The translations under genes and the position numbers were made by a program. From contig NC_068981.1 in assembly GCF_001194135.2 (NCBI RefSeq), forward strand, positions 43,376,374-43,416,957: a stretch of 40,584 nt of DNA. Reading direction: 5' to 3'. This DNA comes from Octopus bimaculoides (taxonomy: Eukaryota). The notes below the pieces were generated by a model. The model had not been told where the DNA came from, did not search any database, and saw only the letters and a program-made list of their open reading frames with translations. Every line of letters begins with the position of its first letter. The stretch's first letter is position 1. Shown here one piece after another: positions 23,692 through 35,316 of the stretch.

Positions 23692-24019
23692 AAAAGGATA
23701 TCTAACCTGCTAGAAAGAGCAGCCAAAGCTCTACACTACAAAATTAGGTATTCCGCACATGCGCAGTAATTTTTGAAAAATTAGACATACATGCACAAGT
23801 CATGTTCTCTATGTAGTACCTCGTGCATGCATGTCGGTCTAGGATATTCTGCTGATGATAGTTGGTCTTGCAAAATAGTTTGTTTTGCTAAAATAACTTG
23901 AAACCTGGGTTCGGAATATTGATGGTAAATGTTTTTATTTTTCATTCCTTTTCGAAATTATCCCTAATTTTGTTGTGTAGAGCTTTGGCTACTCTTTCTA
24001 GCAGGTTAGATGTCCTTTT
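23692..24019 (+). mobile_element. ~330-bp inverted-repeat unit (PLE pLTR- or MITE-like) with ~57-bp terminal inverted arms
   Basis: AAAAGGATATCTAACCTGCTAGAAAGAGCAGCCAAAGCTCTACACTACAAAATTAGG (23692-23748) versus its near-exact reverse complement at 23963-24019. Confidence 0.85.
23843..23920 (+). ncRNA. Minimal type-I hammerhead ribozyme motif (possibly degenerate)
   Basis: Helix I GATATTCTG/CGGAATATT, core CTGATGA (23852), helix II AGTT/AACT with inner GCAAAA/TTTTGC, GAAA (23900), short helix III CC-TG-GG, GUU triplet. Confidence 0.6.
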
Positions 24020-24189
24020 ATGGGCATCTCTAATGTATATTAAATGTACACTGTATTTTACATGAATAATATATAGTCTGTTGACTAATTTTTCTCTCGC
24101 TACACCACTGGTAGTAAATTAAATTTCTTAATTTTCTTTGCTACCCTAAGTCTTATTAATTCTACATTTAGATATGTAAATATCATCAC

Positions 24190-24332
24190 TGGCTATGTGG
24201 TTAAGAAGTTTGTTTCTCAGTCATGTGGTGTTGGGTTCAGTTGCTCTGCAAGGTACCTCAGGCATGTGTCTTCTACTATAGTTCCAGAATGACCGAGGAT
24301 TTTTGAGTGGATTTGATAGGCAGAAACCCACT
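24190..24332 (+). mobile_element. Degraded SINE family A head
   Basis: GGCTATGTGGTTAAGAAG...GGGTTCAGTT...TGTCTTCTACTATAG. Further degraded A heads at ~24601-24706 (+), ~25520-25636 (-) and ~20860-20948 (-). Confidence 0.65.
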
Positions 24333-24867
24333 GCATGGTTTTATGATATTTTATATAGAATATTCCATTTTTTCAATCTTTTATGTATTTCTGCCATTTT
24401 ATTTACAGATATGTTGGGATACTGCCTTGAAGGATTTGGTGAATCGAATCGACACCAATATATTTTTTAAAGTTTGGTATTTATTCTGTCAGTCTCTCTC
24501 TTGGCAAAACCACTAAATTATGGGGATAAAAATAAATCAACGCTGGTTTTCAAGTGGCAAGAGACAAATACAAAGATGCGCGCACACACACACACACGTA
24601 TAGTTAAGACGTTTGCTTCACAGCCATATGGTTCTCAGTCCAGTATCACTGCATAGCACATTGGGCAACCCATATAACTGGGTTGACCAATACCTCATGA
24701 ACACATTTGTGTGTGAGTGCGTGTGTGTTTGTGTATTCTCTCTCTTAAATGTGGTTAGCAATGTAGCTCCTGTACAAATATCTGCTCTACCCTAACCTCT
24801 TCCTTCATACTGTAACCTCCATCTAACATACAAATGCAACACTCTTCCTCCTTGAATTATTTCACTT

Positions 24868-25510
24868 GCAAGCTACATGGTGAGCACAATAGTGCTGGTG
24901 GCATGGAAAAAAACTCTCAGTACATTCTGCAAAAGTGATTGGAATTAAAAAGGGTATCCAGTGATAAAAAAACATACCAAACAACCAGACACTGAAGTAC
25001 AATGTACTCCTTGGACTCATCAGATCATTGTCAAATCATCCAGCCCATGCCAGCATGAACATGGAAAAGCAGCAAGCTGGCAGAAATGTTAGCACGACGG
25101 ATGAAATACTTAGCAGTATTTTGCCTGCCGTTATGTTCTGAGTTCAAATTCCGCCGAGGTCAACTTTGCTTTTCATCCTTTCAGGGTCGATAAAATTAAG
25201 TACCAGTTATGCACTGGGGTCGATGTAATCGACTTAATCCCTTTGTCTGTCCTTGTTTAGCCCCTTGTGGGCAATAAAGAAATAAGAAATGTAAGCACGC
25301 TGGGTGAAATCGTTAGCAGTATTTTGTCTGTCTTTACGTTCTGAGTTCAAATTCTACTGAGGTTGACTTTGCCTTTCATTCTTTTGGGGTCAATATAATA
25401 AGTACCAGTTGCGTACTGGAATCGATCTTGTTGGCTGGCTCTCTCTCCCAAAATTTTGTGCCTAGAGTAGAAAAGCATGGAACATGGATATAAAATGATG
25501 ATAATGACAT
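24868..25510 (+). mobile_element. SINE family C interrupted by a tandem pair of family B SINEs (~25070-25476)
   Basis: C body stops at GCATGAACATGGAAAAGC, two B copies follow, and the C tail resumes CATGGAACATGG...ATGATGATAATG. Confidence 0.75.
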
Positions 25511-26969
25511 ATACATATGCACAATGAGTTTTTCACATAGTTTCTGTCTGTCAAATGCATTCACAAAGCATCGGTCAACCCAAGGTGACATGTAACGGCA
25601 CTAAACTGAGAACCATATGGTTGTGGAGCATGCATCTATAGAAAACATCTTTTCAGGTATGATGCCAGTCATACCTGAAGCTATATAACACTTTAAAACA
25701 TCAATTCTGGTTAGGAAAAATAGTGCACTTCTTAAAAATACAAGAAAATAGGAATCTTCAAATGTTCATTTTATTTGTTAAAAGAGTGGTCAAATCGCTC
25801 AAGTGATACCCTACTTTTTCAGAAACATGAAGACTTGTTGAATAAACTTCTGAAATATGAGATGGTTATAATCACAATGCCTTTGGTCAGTGGTCTGTTT
25901 GATCAGGATTGTCCCAGGGCTAAAGAACAACAAAAGCAACACAAGGAAGTTTAATTTTGTGTCTGTAAACTGGTAGTTCTATATTACTTTTGAATATCCA
26001 CTTTTATTACCACTACTGTGATTTAGTTAGTTAGGTAAAGGAGGAAAAGAAGAGGAGGAGGAGGAGGAAGAAGACATGAGGAAGAAGGGAAAAAGAAGAA
26101 GAAGAAAAAGAAGAAATTGATGGTGAGCATGAGTATGCAGCAGAAAGAATTTGAAGAAACTGAAGAAAATGACTACCATAAGTCTCTCTCTCTCTCTCAC
26201 ACACGCACACACTAAAAAAAAAAAGAAGAAAATCGTGAAATGAAGGATAAGAAAATAAATAGAAAGGAGAGGGTGGGAAGAACAGACAGATGAAATAAGA
26301 AGAATAGGAAGAACATTACTTTTGATTGCAAGTATGTTTCTGCATTTTCTTTTTGTTTTTTACTTTTTTTTTCTCTTAAGAAGATCTAAAATGTTTTGAA
26401 TTAGTCAATTAGTAGATTTGGGTTATGAACAATAATGCTATAAATTTGTATATAATTCTATTAGTTGTTGGCTTCTGGCATTTTACCATATCTAAAATGA
26501 CTGTTATTCTGGCAGAAAGCAATCACAGGAGATGAGCTGATGAAAATGTACCCTATTTTTAAATTTTCTTTTTTTGTTTTTGTTTTTATTATGTGTTGAG
26601 GTATGTAAATATGTCTGTGGATAGTACTGCAAGTGAAAATGATAGTTAATCAATAGGTGTTATATATATTAATTTGTTAATAGATTAATATATATGTGTG
26701 CATATATAAAAACATAATGATGTTTATGTATGAAGTATGTGAAATATTTACCAGTAAGAATTTATATATTTGAAATATTTCTATTGTGTCAACAGTCCTT
26801 GCAGATAAAAAAAAAATATAAGATGACTACTTCATTAATTTAATATCTTAATGAAAGCAATATCTTGATTGAAGCTGATTTTGGTTACTAACTATTATTT
26901 TAACTAATATAAATCTTAAATTACATTAAAGAACTCAATGTCTACTAATGTTATATTTTTTTTTTTTAG

Positions 26970-27022
26970 AAAATGGATTTATATATTTTGAGAAATATCT
27001 TCAAATGGGGACAGAATACTGA
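26970..27022 (+). CDS. Candidate short exon (KMDLYILRNIFKWGQNT), gene unknown
   Basis: T-run plus AG acceptor (26968-26969), one open frame, GA|GTATGT donor (alternative TAT|GTGAGG at 27026). No homology recognised. Confidence 0.25.
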
Positions 27023-27559
27023 GTATGTGAGGACAAAACATTTTTATGCATATTTTACTAGCAAAACATGAAAAAACCACTGATGTTACCATACATAAAC
27101 TTTTTCTGATAACCAGTCTTGAAAGAGTCTGGATTATCAGTCATAGCAGTTGGAAACTCCCTATCATATATGCTAGGTCTTCTGGTTAACAATACATTCC
27201 CAAGCTTCCTCATAAAATACCTGTTAACACACATATATATATATAAATTTATTGCTGTAAATTAGAAAATTGTCAACATATCACCACAACATTGAGAAGA
27301 TAACAGATTAACAATACCTAATTATCGAATCATTACTTATCAAAAGTTTTCAAACTAACATCAATAAACAAATCTTCTACCTGAAAAGGTAAAAGCAGAG
27401 AATCAGTTTTTTACTGGTCTTGATTCCCAACACTCTTTTAATACAAATTCTAACATTCATATAGAATTTATATATCAAGATCAGTAAATTTGTTTGGGTG
27501 TTGGTTTATCTAAAGTGTGAGTTGTAGTGATTAGAACTGTTACAATTATGTGATTCATT

Positions 27560-29480
27560 TCATTCTCAACAGCCCAGGTTTCTGACTGAATATTAGGTTC
27601 ACTGAGGAAGTGCCTCTCATCATCAGTGATAGAATTGTAAAATTTACAAATACTTCATGATCTTATTGTTGTTAAATTAATTAGTTTAACTTAACAAGAT
27701 GTCATTTGCCTGTTACATTTGTATGTACAAATCAATGTTCTTACTCTCTGGACATTTGACTTTTCAAGTTATTGTCTGGTCAGAGCTCCAGTAGTTTTAA
27801 TCTATTCATAAATGCTTGTACTTCACTTCTTGCCTATTGGAGAGAGTTAGTTGGTGAATAAAACTATCCTCTTGGATATGTTCCTCAACATCCCTCTCAC
27901 AACCAAAACATAATGCAAAATCCCCAAAGTAAGCTTCTAGTCATGCATTGCATGAAGAAGTTTTATTTTTACCCTTGACTTCCTTCAAGACAATATAAAG
28001 CCTAATGGATTCTTTCATGCATTGCACATATTGCAACTTCAGCCATCTTCTAAAATCCAACCTACTGTTTTAGTCCATTGCCAAAACTATTTCTTCCATC
28101 TCTGTATAATTCTCTTAGCCTTCACTTCAAAATGACTTTGTAAGCAGTACTCCATGGAAATGCCTTTGAAACTTCTGCTCGATTTGCATTCGGCTCCACA
28201 CTGTACACACAAGGCAAGAGTCTTCTCAATCTTTCCTACCTCACATTGCTAGGAATTTCCCCATATATGTCAAGTTGAAAGCAAGTCAGGTAACTTCAAA
28301 CAAACAATAACACTAGCCACTTCAGTGTGTCCCATTCTCAAGACTGTTGATCTCTTTGATCCCACAATCTATCAATCCACTGCTTTCAATCCCAAAGTTG
28401 TTAACAATCACCTTATGTTTCCCTTCCTCCTCAATAACCATTATTTTGGCTTCCATAAAACTAGATTTATTGTAGACCTTGTGTCATTCAACCATGAGAA
28501 ATTTGGCATTATATCTAACATCAGAAAAGCATTTCATAGTGTATAACAAGTGAATCTCTTAGCCAAGCTTCAGACTGGCCTGCATCTATCTTTTGTCTAT
28601 TAGATTGAAAGCTGTCTATTAGATCATTCCCCCAACTCTGATATGCTCTAACATTACATTTTATTCTCTACACTTTTTGTGCTGTGCATCAGCAGCTTTT
28701 AACACTCATGTCTAATAATACACAGTCTTGTGCAAGTGCTACTGCCTTTCATTCCTCTATACAGAAGCACCATCCTAAACACTTCACAACAAAATTGCAT
28801 GCATTCCATGAAGCGACATCACTGTCTCCTTAGCAACACAAAGATACAATCAATAGAAATGGGATATCTTGTATTTCACCCATTCTTGGTCATAGACAAC
28901 TCAGAGCTAAAACACAAAATTATCAAAATTACCGTAAATGCAAAAAGGCGATCTCATATTCACGTTATGGGGGACAAAAAATGCATCTTAAAGACTAATG
29001 TTCTTTTGACGAGCCAGAAAATCCTACAGCTCTCTGCAGTTGCTGACTTTTTACAAAGTTCAAGTGAGAACCACATGGAAATACTGCTCCCACATCTGTG
29101 ACAGTACTTCTGCTACATATATGAACATTCTAAAATGCACAAATTCTGAGTGATTGACTACAAGTCACTCAACCATAAATTTCAACTGCCCACCCACAGA
29201 TGTACAGTTTTCATACTCTGCCTTTTATATCACTGCTACAATGGCCCTTTGCTCTTTGCAGTTAGCAGGTTGTGTAACAACTCCTCCAAACTCATTCTAC
29301 ACACTTTTCTCCTTTCCTCTCCTCATGCATCCACATTGTTCCTCTACTTACAAGGTCCTGCATCTTTTCTCAAAATACTTCCTCTCAAATATTGCAATCT
29401 TCTATAATTCTGTCCTTGCCAACATTTTGTCTGCAGTAATAGTTTTATAGATATGTAAGATGAATGTCAACATCATCACT
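27560..29480 (+). mobile_element. Old APE-type LINE ORF2 remnant (CR1/L2/Jockey group, clade uncertain)
   Basis: LDMFLNIP (endonuclease end, 27872), FGFHKTR...IRKAFHSV (RT motifs), YKVQVRTTWKYCSHICD (29052), THRCTV...YHCYNG/CSLQLA...HP...YNSV C-terminus; many stops and frameshifts. Confidence 0.8.
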
Positions 29481-30194
29481 TTTGGAGGGCTACATTGGGA
29501 AGGTTCATGGGCACAGACTCTTTCTCTTCACTAAAGCATTGCAATAAATGCATGAGAAAAGAAACCAAGTACACAATATTTTCTGAACAGTATGTAAATA
29601 ATTATGACAGACGAGATAAAAAAATCTATCCACAAATATTGTCTATTTCTTCAATATTTCCTCAAAGAATCAACTGATCAGACATTTGGCAGAAAGTGAT
29701 TTCAGATACAGAGAATTGTCCGGGAATATACCTATCTACAATCTATTTACTAGATGCCACTACTTCAAACAAAAAGTTCTTATCAAATAAGAAAAACTTT
29801 CATGCATAAAAGATCTGTTGAAAATATCTTGGAGTAGTTTGTCAAATTCAGAAGTTCTCATTTCTTTTAAGTTAGCATCAATGAAATGCCCTACATCACT
29901 TTTGGCTAAAATTCTATTTACCTTGTTATTGCTTGGATCAATAGATTTGTTATTGTGCATCATAAACTAGTCACACACACACGCACACATTCCCACACAC
30001 ACATACATATATACATATGTATGTGTGTATGAGTGTGTGTGCTTGAGTATACATGTGCATGTTCGGCTATAATTGGGATTATATGTATATGCAAATACTT
30101 ATATAAGTATACACATATAAATATATATTCCAACTTTATCACTTATACCACGACATGCTGTTGATTTTGTTGTTCTTGTTGTGGCTGTTCTTGA

Positions 30195-30470
30195 TGACGA
30201 TGCCTTACTGGACAGAGGTGTGTGAAGCTTTCTTTGCAACCATGTGGTTTAGAGTTCAGTTACACTGTGCAGCATCTCGTGCAAGTTTCTTCTGCAATAA
30301 CTCCAAACTGACCAAAGCCTTGCAAGGGAATTTCATAAAGGGAAGATATTACCTAGCCTTGAAGCAGTTAAGAGAAGATGATAGGAAGGGCATATGGCTA
30401 TAGAAAATCTTCCTAAATGAATTCTATCTGGCTGATGCAATCACGAAAAAGTTGATGTTAAACGGCTATT
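30195..30470 (+). mobile_element. Chimeric SINE: family A head plus C-like tail
   Basis: AACCATGTGGTTTAGAGTTCAG...CTGACCAAAGCCTTG head followed by AGGAAGGGCAT...TAGAAAATC...GATGTTAAACG. Confidence 0.6.
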
Positions 30471-31724
30471 AGGATATGAAATATATTCATTCACATGTGT
30501 GTGTGTGAGTGCATACATATGATATACGCAAATACACATATCTCTATATTAAAACAGATCATGAACAAGTCTAGTTTTAGTGGTAAACCAAATTGAGTAC
30601 TCATAATACATACCCACTACATTATATCAATTGATGAAAATCTTTTTTATACACACTACGCACACACATACTCACACAGACGCACACATACATATATGTA
30701 TATACACATCTATCATTGTATATTCGAATATATATACATATATGCATAAATATGAATTATTTAGTAAAAATATATCTCCAATAATAAAAAAATGTGGTTG
30801 TCACAATTGTTGTAGCTGCATGAACATTATAGAAGTCACATTTTGTAAATTCAAATCAGGACATATCATTGGTGTAAAATATCACTTCACTTGTTCATCA
30901 AAAATATTTAATTTATGCTGTTTAAACATAATGGTTATAACAAAACTCACCAGAAAGATATGACAATCAGACTCACTAATGATTGGTAGCAAATATATCT
31001 TAATACTAGACAAATGCCTTTAAGCAAATGCAGACAAATGTGCAACAAAAAAATCCCCCAAAGTCCTAATCTTCCATTTTATTTTTGCTCTGTCATAATT
31101 ACAGGTCTAATATGGAAAGTAAAAAAATATGTTTATAAAAACACATAAACCATGACTTAAGCTATAGCAACATATTGTACAGGCATGTCGCAGATATCTG
31201 ACAAAAGTTTGAACCTGAAGGGATTATTCAGAAAGCATTGATAAAATCTTTGATAAAAAAAAATGAGAGAACTTCCAAACTAAGTATTGATGTCATCAAA
31301 AGATCGACTAAAACTCACTTTGATCAGAACACCTAACTGATCTTTAGATGTCAGCATGATAAACCAACTGAAGACGCCAAATGCCTAAAATTTGAAAACA
31401 TAACGTTTCGTTTGGAAATCTTTAATAAAATCATTGATGAAAAAGAAAAAGGAAAACCTGTCACAATAATTTTTTGTGATAAAATCCACTAAAAATTCAG
31501 CCCATACAAATACAATATAGCCCCAGGACTCTCTAAATTTCATTCCTTCTGAAAATCATAAATATTGTGACATCTTTACATTACTATGAATATATTTTCT
31601 TAAAGTACATTTTAAACTTTCCTTTTCATTACACACACACATGACCATATGTGTATGTGTGTATACATGCATGCCTGTATACATGTATGTATATGCATAT
31701 ATATAGATATACATATTGCATTGA

Positions 31725-32480
31725 TCAAAAACTCCATCTGGTTCTTGTCAACACTAAGATTTAAGTACTTTAATAAGTAGCTAACTTCAGTCTGTCTCTT
31801 GTGCATGCACACTTGTTGTATACTCAACACTTCAATGTAGTTCGATGCAAACTTGCAGCAACATAGGTTGTATTTTGTGTGCTAATGATCTTAACGAAAA
31901 CAATGTTTGTCTTCATTGAGTGAAGGCACTTACAATGACTCATTTAATTCCACTGCAGATGGTGCTCTCTATGGCCTTCAGGACCTCACATTGGAGCTAG
32001 TTGTAGTACTCCTACCCAAGGCTTTTTGAGAACTGCTTGAGGATATGTGTTGGATTCCTCCTCAGGCACAAACGGCAAGCTGGTGGTTTTATAATTCCTC
32101 AGCAGAACAAAGTGAGTGTTTTCAGTGGAACAGGGTGACAGCTTGAATCAAAAATCAAAGGAGTTCAGATTTCCAGACTTCTGACTATAAGATTTTATGA
32201 TCAACTGCTTGTTTCCTTAAACAGGCTTCTCCGTCTGGATTCCAGTAAACCTGATAGCTTGTTGCTTCTTAAAGGACATTCACATGTTGCTCTGGATAAG
32301 CAACCTACAGTTTACCCACTGTCTCTAGTTACAGTAAAGTACCATAATGTTACTCAAGCCAGCCCTTCTACAAGGCAGTATGTCCCCAGTATTCTATATC
32401 TTAGCAGTAATTTTGATGCACCCATGGCCTTTGCTGCTTTCCATTTTTGTCCTGTTCTGACCAGCATGAGAGACATTTGG
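31725..32480 (-). mobile_element. HERO-like (RLE-type) non-LTR retrotransposon remnant
   Basis: SEVWKSELL*FLIQAV...EL*NHQLAVCA*GGIQHISSSSSQKALGR and LSVDKNQMEF match the HERO/NeSL-type IWxxE...FLIQAVYD...CxxC...HILSxCxKALG...LxVDLxxQLxFP series. Confidence 0.7.
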
Positions 32481-33013
32481 AAGAAGTAGTGTTGGCTATA
32501 TTAATTAATTCATAAATTAGCTTTCAAGTGTGTGTGCATGCATGAGTGCATACTTGTTTGCACGCTTGATTCTAAAAGTATACCAAAAATGTATTTATGA
32601 GCGAAAGATACTATGAATACCTGATGAACAGAGTTCAGTACTATGTAGCTTATGAGTCAATATATCACATATGAAAACTAAATAACTAGAATAAGAATTT
32701 GGACATCTGTACACTAAATAAAACAATGTGTTTCTACTGGATATATTACCTTTATATCACATACAACTCATATAGACACATATATATATATATATATATA
32801 NNNNNNNNNNNATACATACATACATATATGCACATAAACACATATTATACATATATAATACACAGACACACACCCATGTAACGGATGCTGGGCACAGACC
32901 TTGTGCAAACTAAGTTTACACACTACATAGCTAGATGGATTTAGAAGAAAAGCTGTAGCATTTATTCATCATCATCATCATCAAAATATTAATATATGTA
33001 CATATATTCTTTT

Positions 33014-34152
33014 TTAACCTGTTTGCATCTAAATCAGCCATATCCAATACAAATATTCTACATTTTCATTTATGTTGAAACTGATCAGATTTGATGTCTT
33101 ACACACACCATTCAGAGACGTTCTAAAAATATATACACTCACATCATCGAAATCTTGAAGATACAAAATAATGTAATGCTTGATTAATTGAAAACAATGC
33201 AAATGATTATACTGCTAACATGCTCAGTAGTTGTTCACATGAATTATCATTTTTAGCTATGACATAAATCTAAAGAGAAAAAATATATAAGGCATATTTA
33301 TTCACATTTGACAAAATAATGTGGATGCTAAAAGGTTAAATACTTTTGTAGTAAATGCACGCTTGTAGTGTCAAACTTCAAAGAATATAAATAATGTTCA
33401 GTAAATGTTCACATAAATTTAAAACAAAGCTATCAGTCATGTGGAGTCTGATGTAAAACTATCCTTATAAGAATGATGAAAGAGAAAAAAAAAATAAATA
33501 AATAAAACAGTTACATTTATATCCAACCAGATGAAGCTGTCTTTTGAGGAAAAAGTTATCTGTAAGTATTCAACACAAGAGTTACTTCCTAAGAGCATAA
33601 ATACACAGAATTATGTCATAGAAGATATCTTAATTAGTCTTACACAACTTAAATGGAATATATATGATTGTACCTCACAAAAAAGTTTTCATCCTTCTTA
33701 TAAGGATAGTTTTTATATCAGATTTTACATGATTGATAGCTTTGTTTAAAATTTATGTTAGCATTTATTGAACACTGCTAATATTCTTTGAAGTTTGAGA
33801 CTACAAGTTGTGTATTTACTACAGCGTATTTAACCTTTTAGCATTCACATCATTTTGTCAAATGTGAATAAATATGCCTTATATATTTTTATTCTTTAGA
33901 TTTGTGTCATAACTAAAAATGATAATTCGTATGAACAACTTCTGAGCATGTTAGTAGCATAATTATTTACATTGTTTTCAATTAATCATGCATTACATTA
34001 TTTTGTATCTTCAAGATTCCGATGATGTGAGTGTATATTTTTAGAATGCCTCTGAATGGTGGGTGTAAGACATCAGATCTGACCAGTTTCAATATAAACA
34101 ATTATGTAGAATATCTGTACTTAATATGGCTGATTTAAATGCAAAAGAGTTA
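33014..34152. repeat. Inverted duplication, ~465-bp arms (33014-33481 / 33687-34152), ~205-bp spacer; each arm = TTAA-flanked ~325-bp MITE plus ~140 bp of flank
   Basis: Arms align along their length. MITE ends TTAACC(C)TTTAGCAT...ATGCTAAAAGGTTAA are piggyBac-like; similarity continues past the inner TTAA into flanking sequence. Confidence 0.92.
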
Positions 34153-34302
34153 CTCTAGGAGTGGTTGGCATTAGGGAGGGCATTCAGCTGTAGAAACTCT
34201 GCCAGATCAGATTGGAGCCTAGTGCAGCCATCCGGTTCATCAGTCTTCAGTCAAATCGTCCAATCCATGCTAGCATGGAAAGCGGATGTTAAACAATGAT
34301 GA

Positions 34303-34306
<4 letters not shown>
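34151..34306 (+). mobile_element. 5'-truncated SINE family C
   Basis: GAGTGGTTGGCATTAGG...GCATGGAAAGCGGATGTTAAACAATGATGATG. Confidence 0.88.
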
Positions 34307-34344
<38 letters not shown>

Positions 34345-34429
34345 ATTTTTTCTTTCTAAATAAGTTTTTTTACACAATTGCTTGAAAGTGCTCAGGTTGA
34401 ACTCGAGATGCTAAACATTATATAATTTG

Positions 34430-35312
34430 GTTTAAGAAGAGACAAAATTTATGTAATCATCCTATAGTTATAATTTACATCAACATAATAAATACATATA
34501 ACACAATAACAAATATAGCAAGACAAGGAACATATTATTTAGAATGGAAATAAGAAATACATGAGGTAAAAATATATATGGAAAGTATAAATAAATAAAG
34601 AGTGATACATCGATTAAAAATCATATTAAATTCAAGATTTAAAATGTTGAATTAAGAATTAAAAGTTGTATAATATATCGATGGCAGTGAGAAATCTTAA
34701 TGATGGATTTAAAAGTCAGAGAAATAATAAGGATAAATTTGATTTAAGAGTTCTAAAAAAATATTTAAAGAGGGTTATAGCACCATATAAGATATATTTC
34801 AACAGCCGTTTCTGGAGTCTATTTTTCTTACAATCCTTTAATTTTACACTATCTATTTTCTTATTTCCTGATGAAGGGGACATTGTTAGTATGAAACTAA
34901 AGAATTCATACCTTGTAAACAAAGAGACTCCAGAAATGGCTGTCGAAATACATCGTATAGAGTGTCATAACCCTCTATAAACATTTCTTTGGAACTCTTA
35001 AAACAAATTTATCCTTATTATTCTCTGACTTTTAAATCCATCATAAAGATTTCTCACTGTCGTCAATCTATTGTACAACTTTCTTACTTCAACATTTTTA
35101 ATCTTAAATTTAATATGATTTTTAATCGATTTATCACTCTTTATTTATTTATCCTTTTCACATATATTTTTACCTCATGTTTTTCTTACTTCTATTCTAA
35201 ATAATATATTGATATGTTCCTTTTCTTGATGTATTTATTATGTTATATGTATTTTATGTTGATGTAAATCATAAGTATTGGATGGTTATCTAAATTTTGT
35301 CTCTTCTTAAAC
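34430..35312. repeat. Inverted duplication, ~390-bp arms (34430-34820 / 34925-35312), ~105-bp spacer; PLE inverted-pLTR-like
   Basis: Arms align from AGACTCCAGAAAxGGCTGT to TTTTGTCTCTTCTTAAAC. Confidence 0.92.
34862..34950 (+). ncRNA. Minimal type-I hammerhead ribozyme motif
   Basis: Helix I TATTTC/GAAATA, core CTGATGA (34868), helix II GGGGAC/GACTCC with inner GTATGAA/TTCATAC, GAAA (34933), short helix III, GUC triplet at 34942-34944. Confidence 0.7.
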
Positions 35313-35316
35313 AAAG

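Noticed and set aside
29760-29963. 67-aa minus-strand ORF (SDVGHFIDANLKEMRTSEFDKLL...)
   Set aside because: Looks protein-like, but no family is recognised and there are no consistent exon boundaries.
31959-32111. Plus-strand CTGCAG...|GTGAGT exon-like signals
   Set aside because: Stops in all three frames; lies antisense within the HERO-like remnant.
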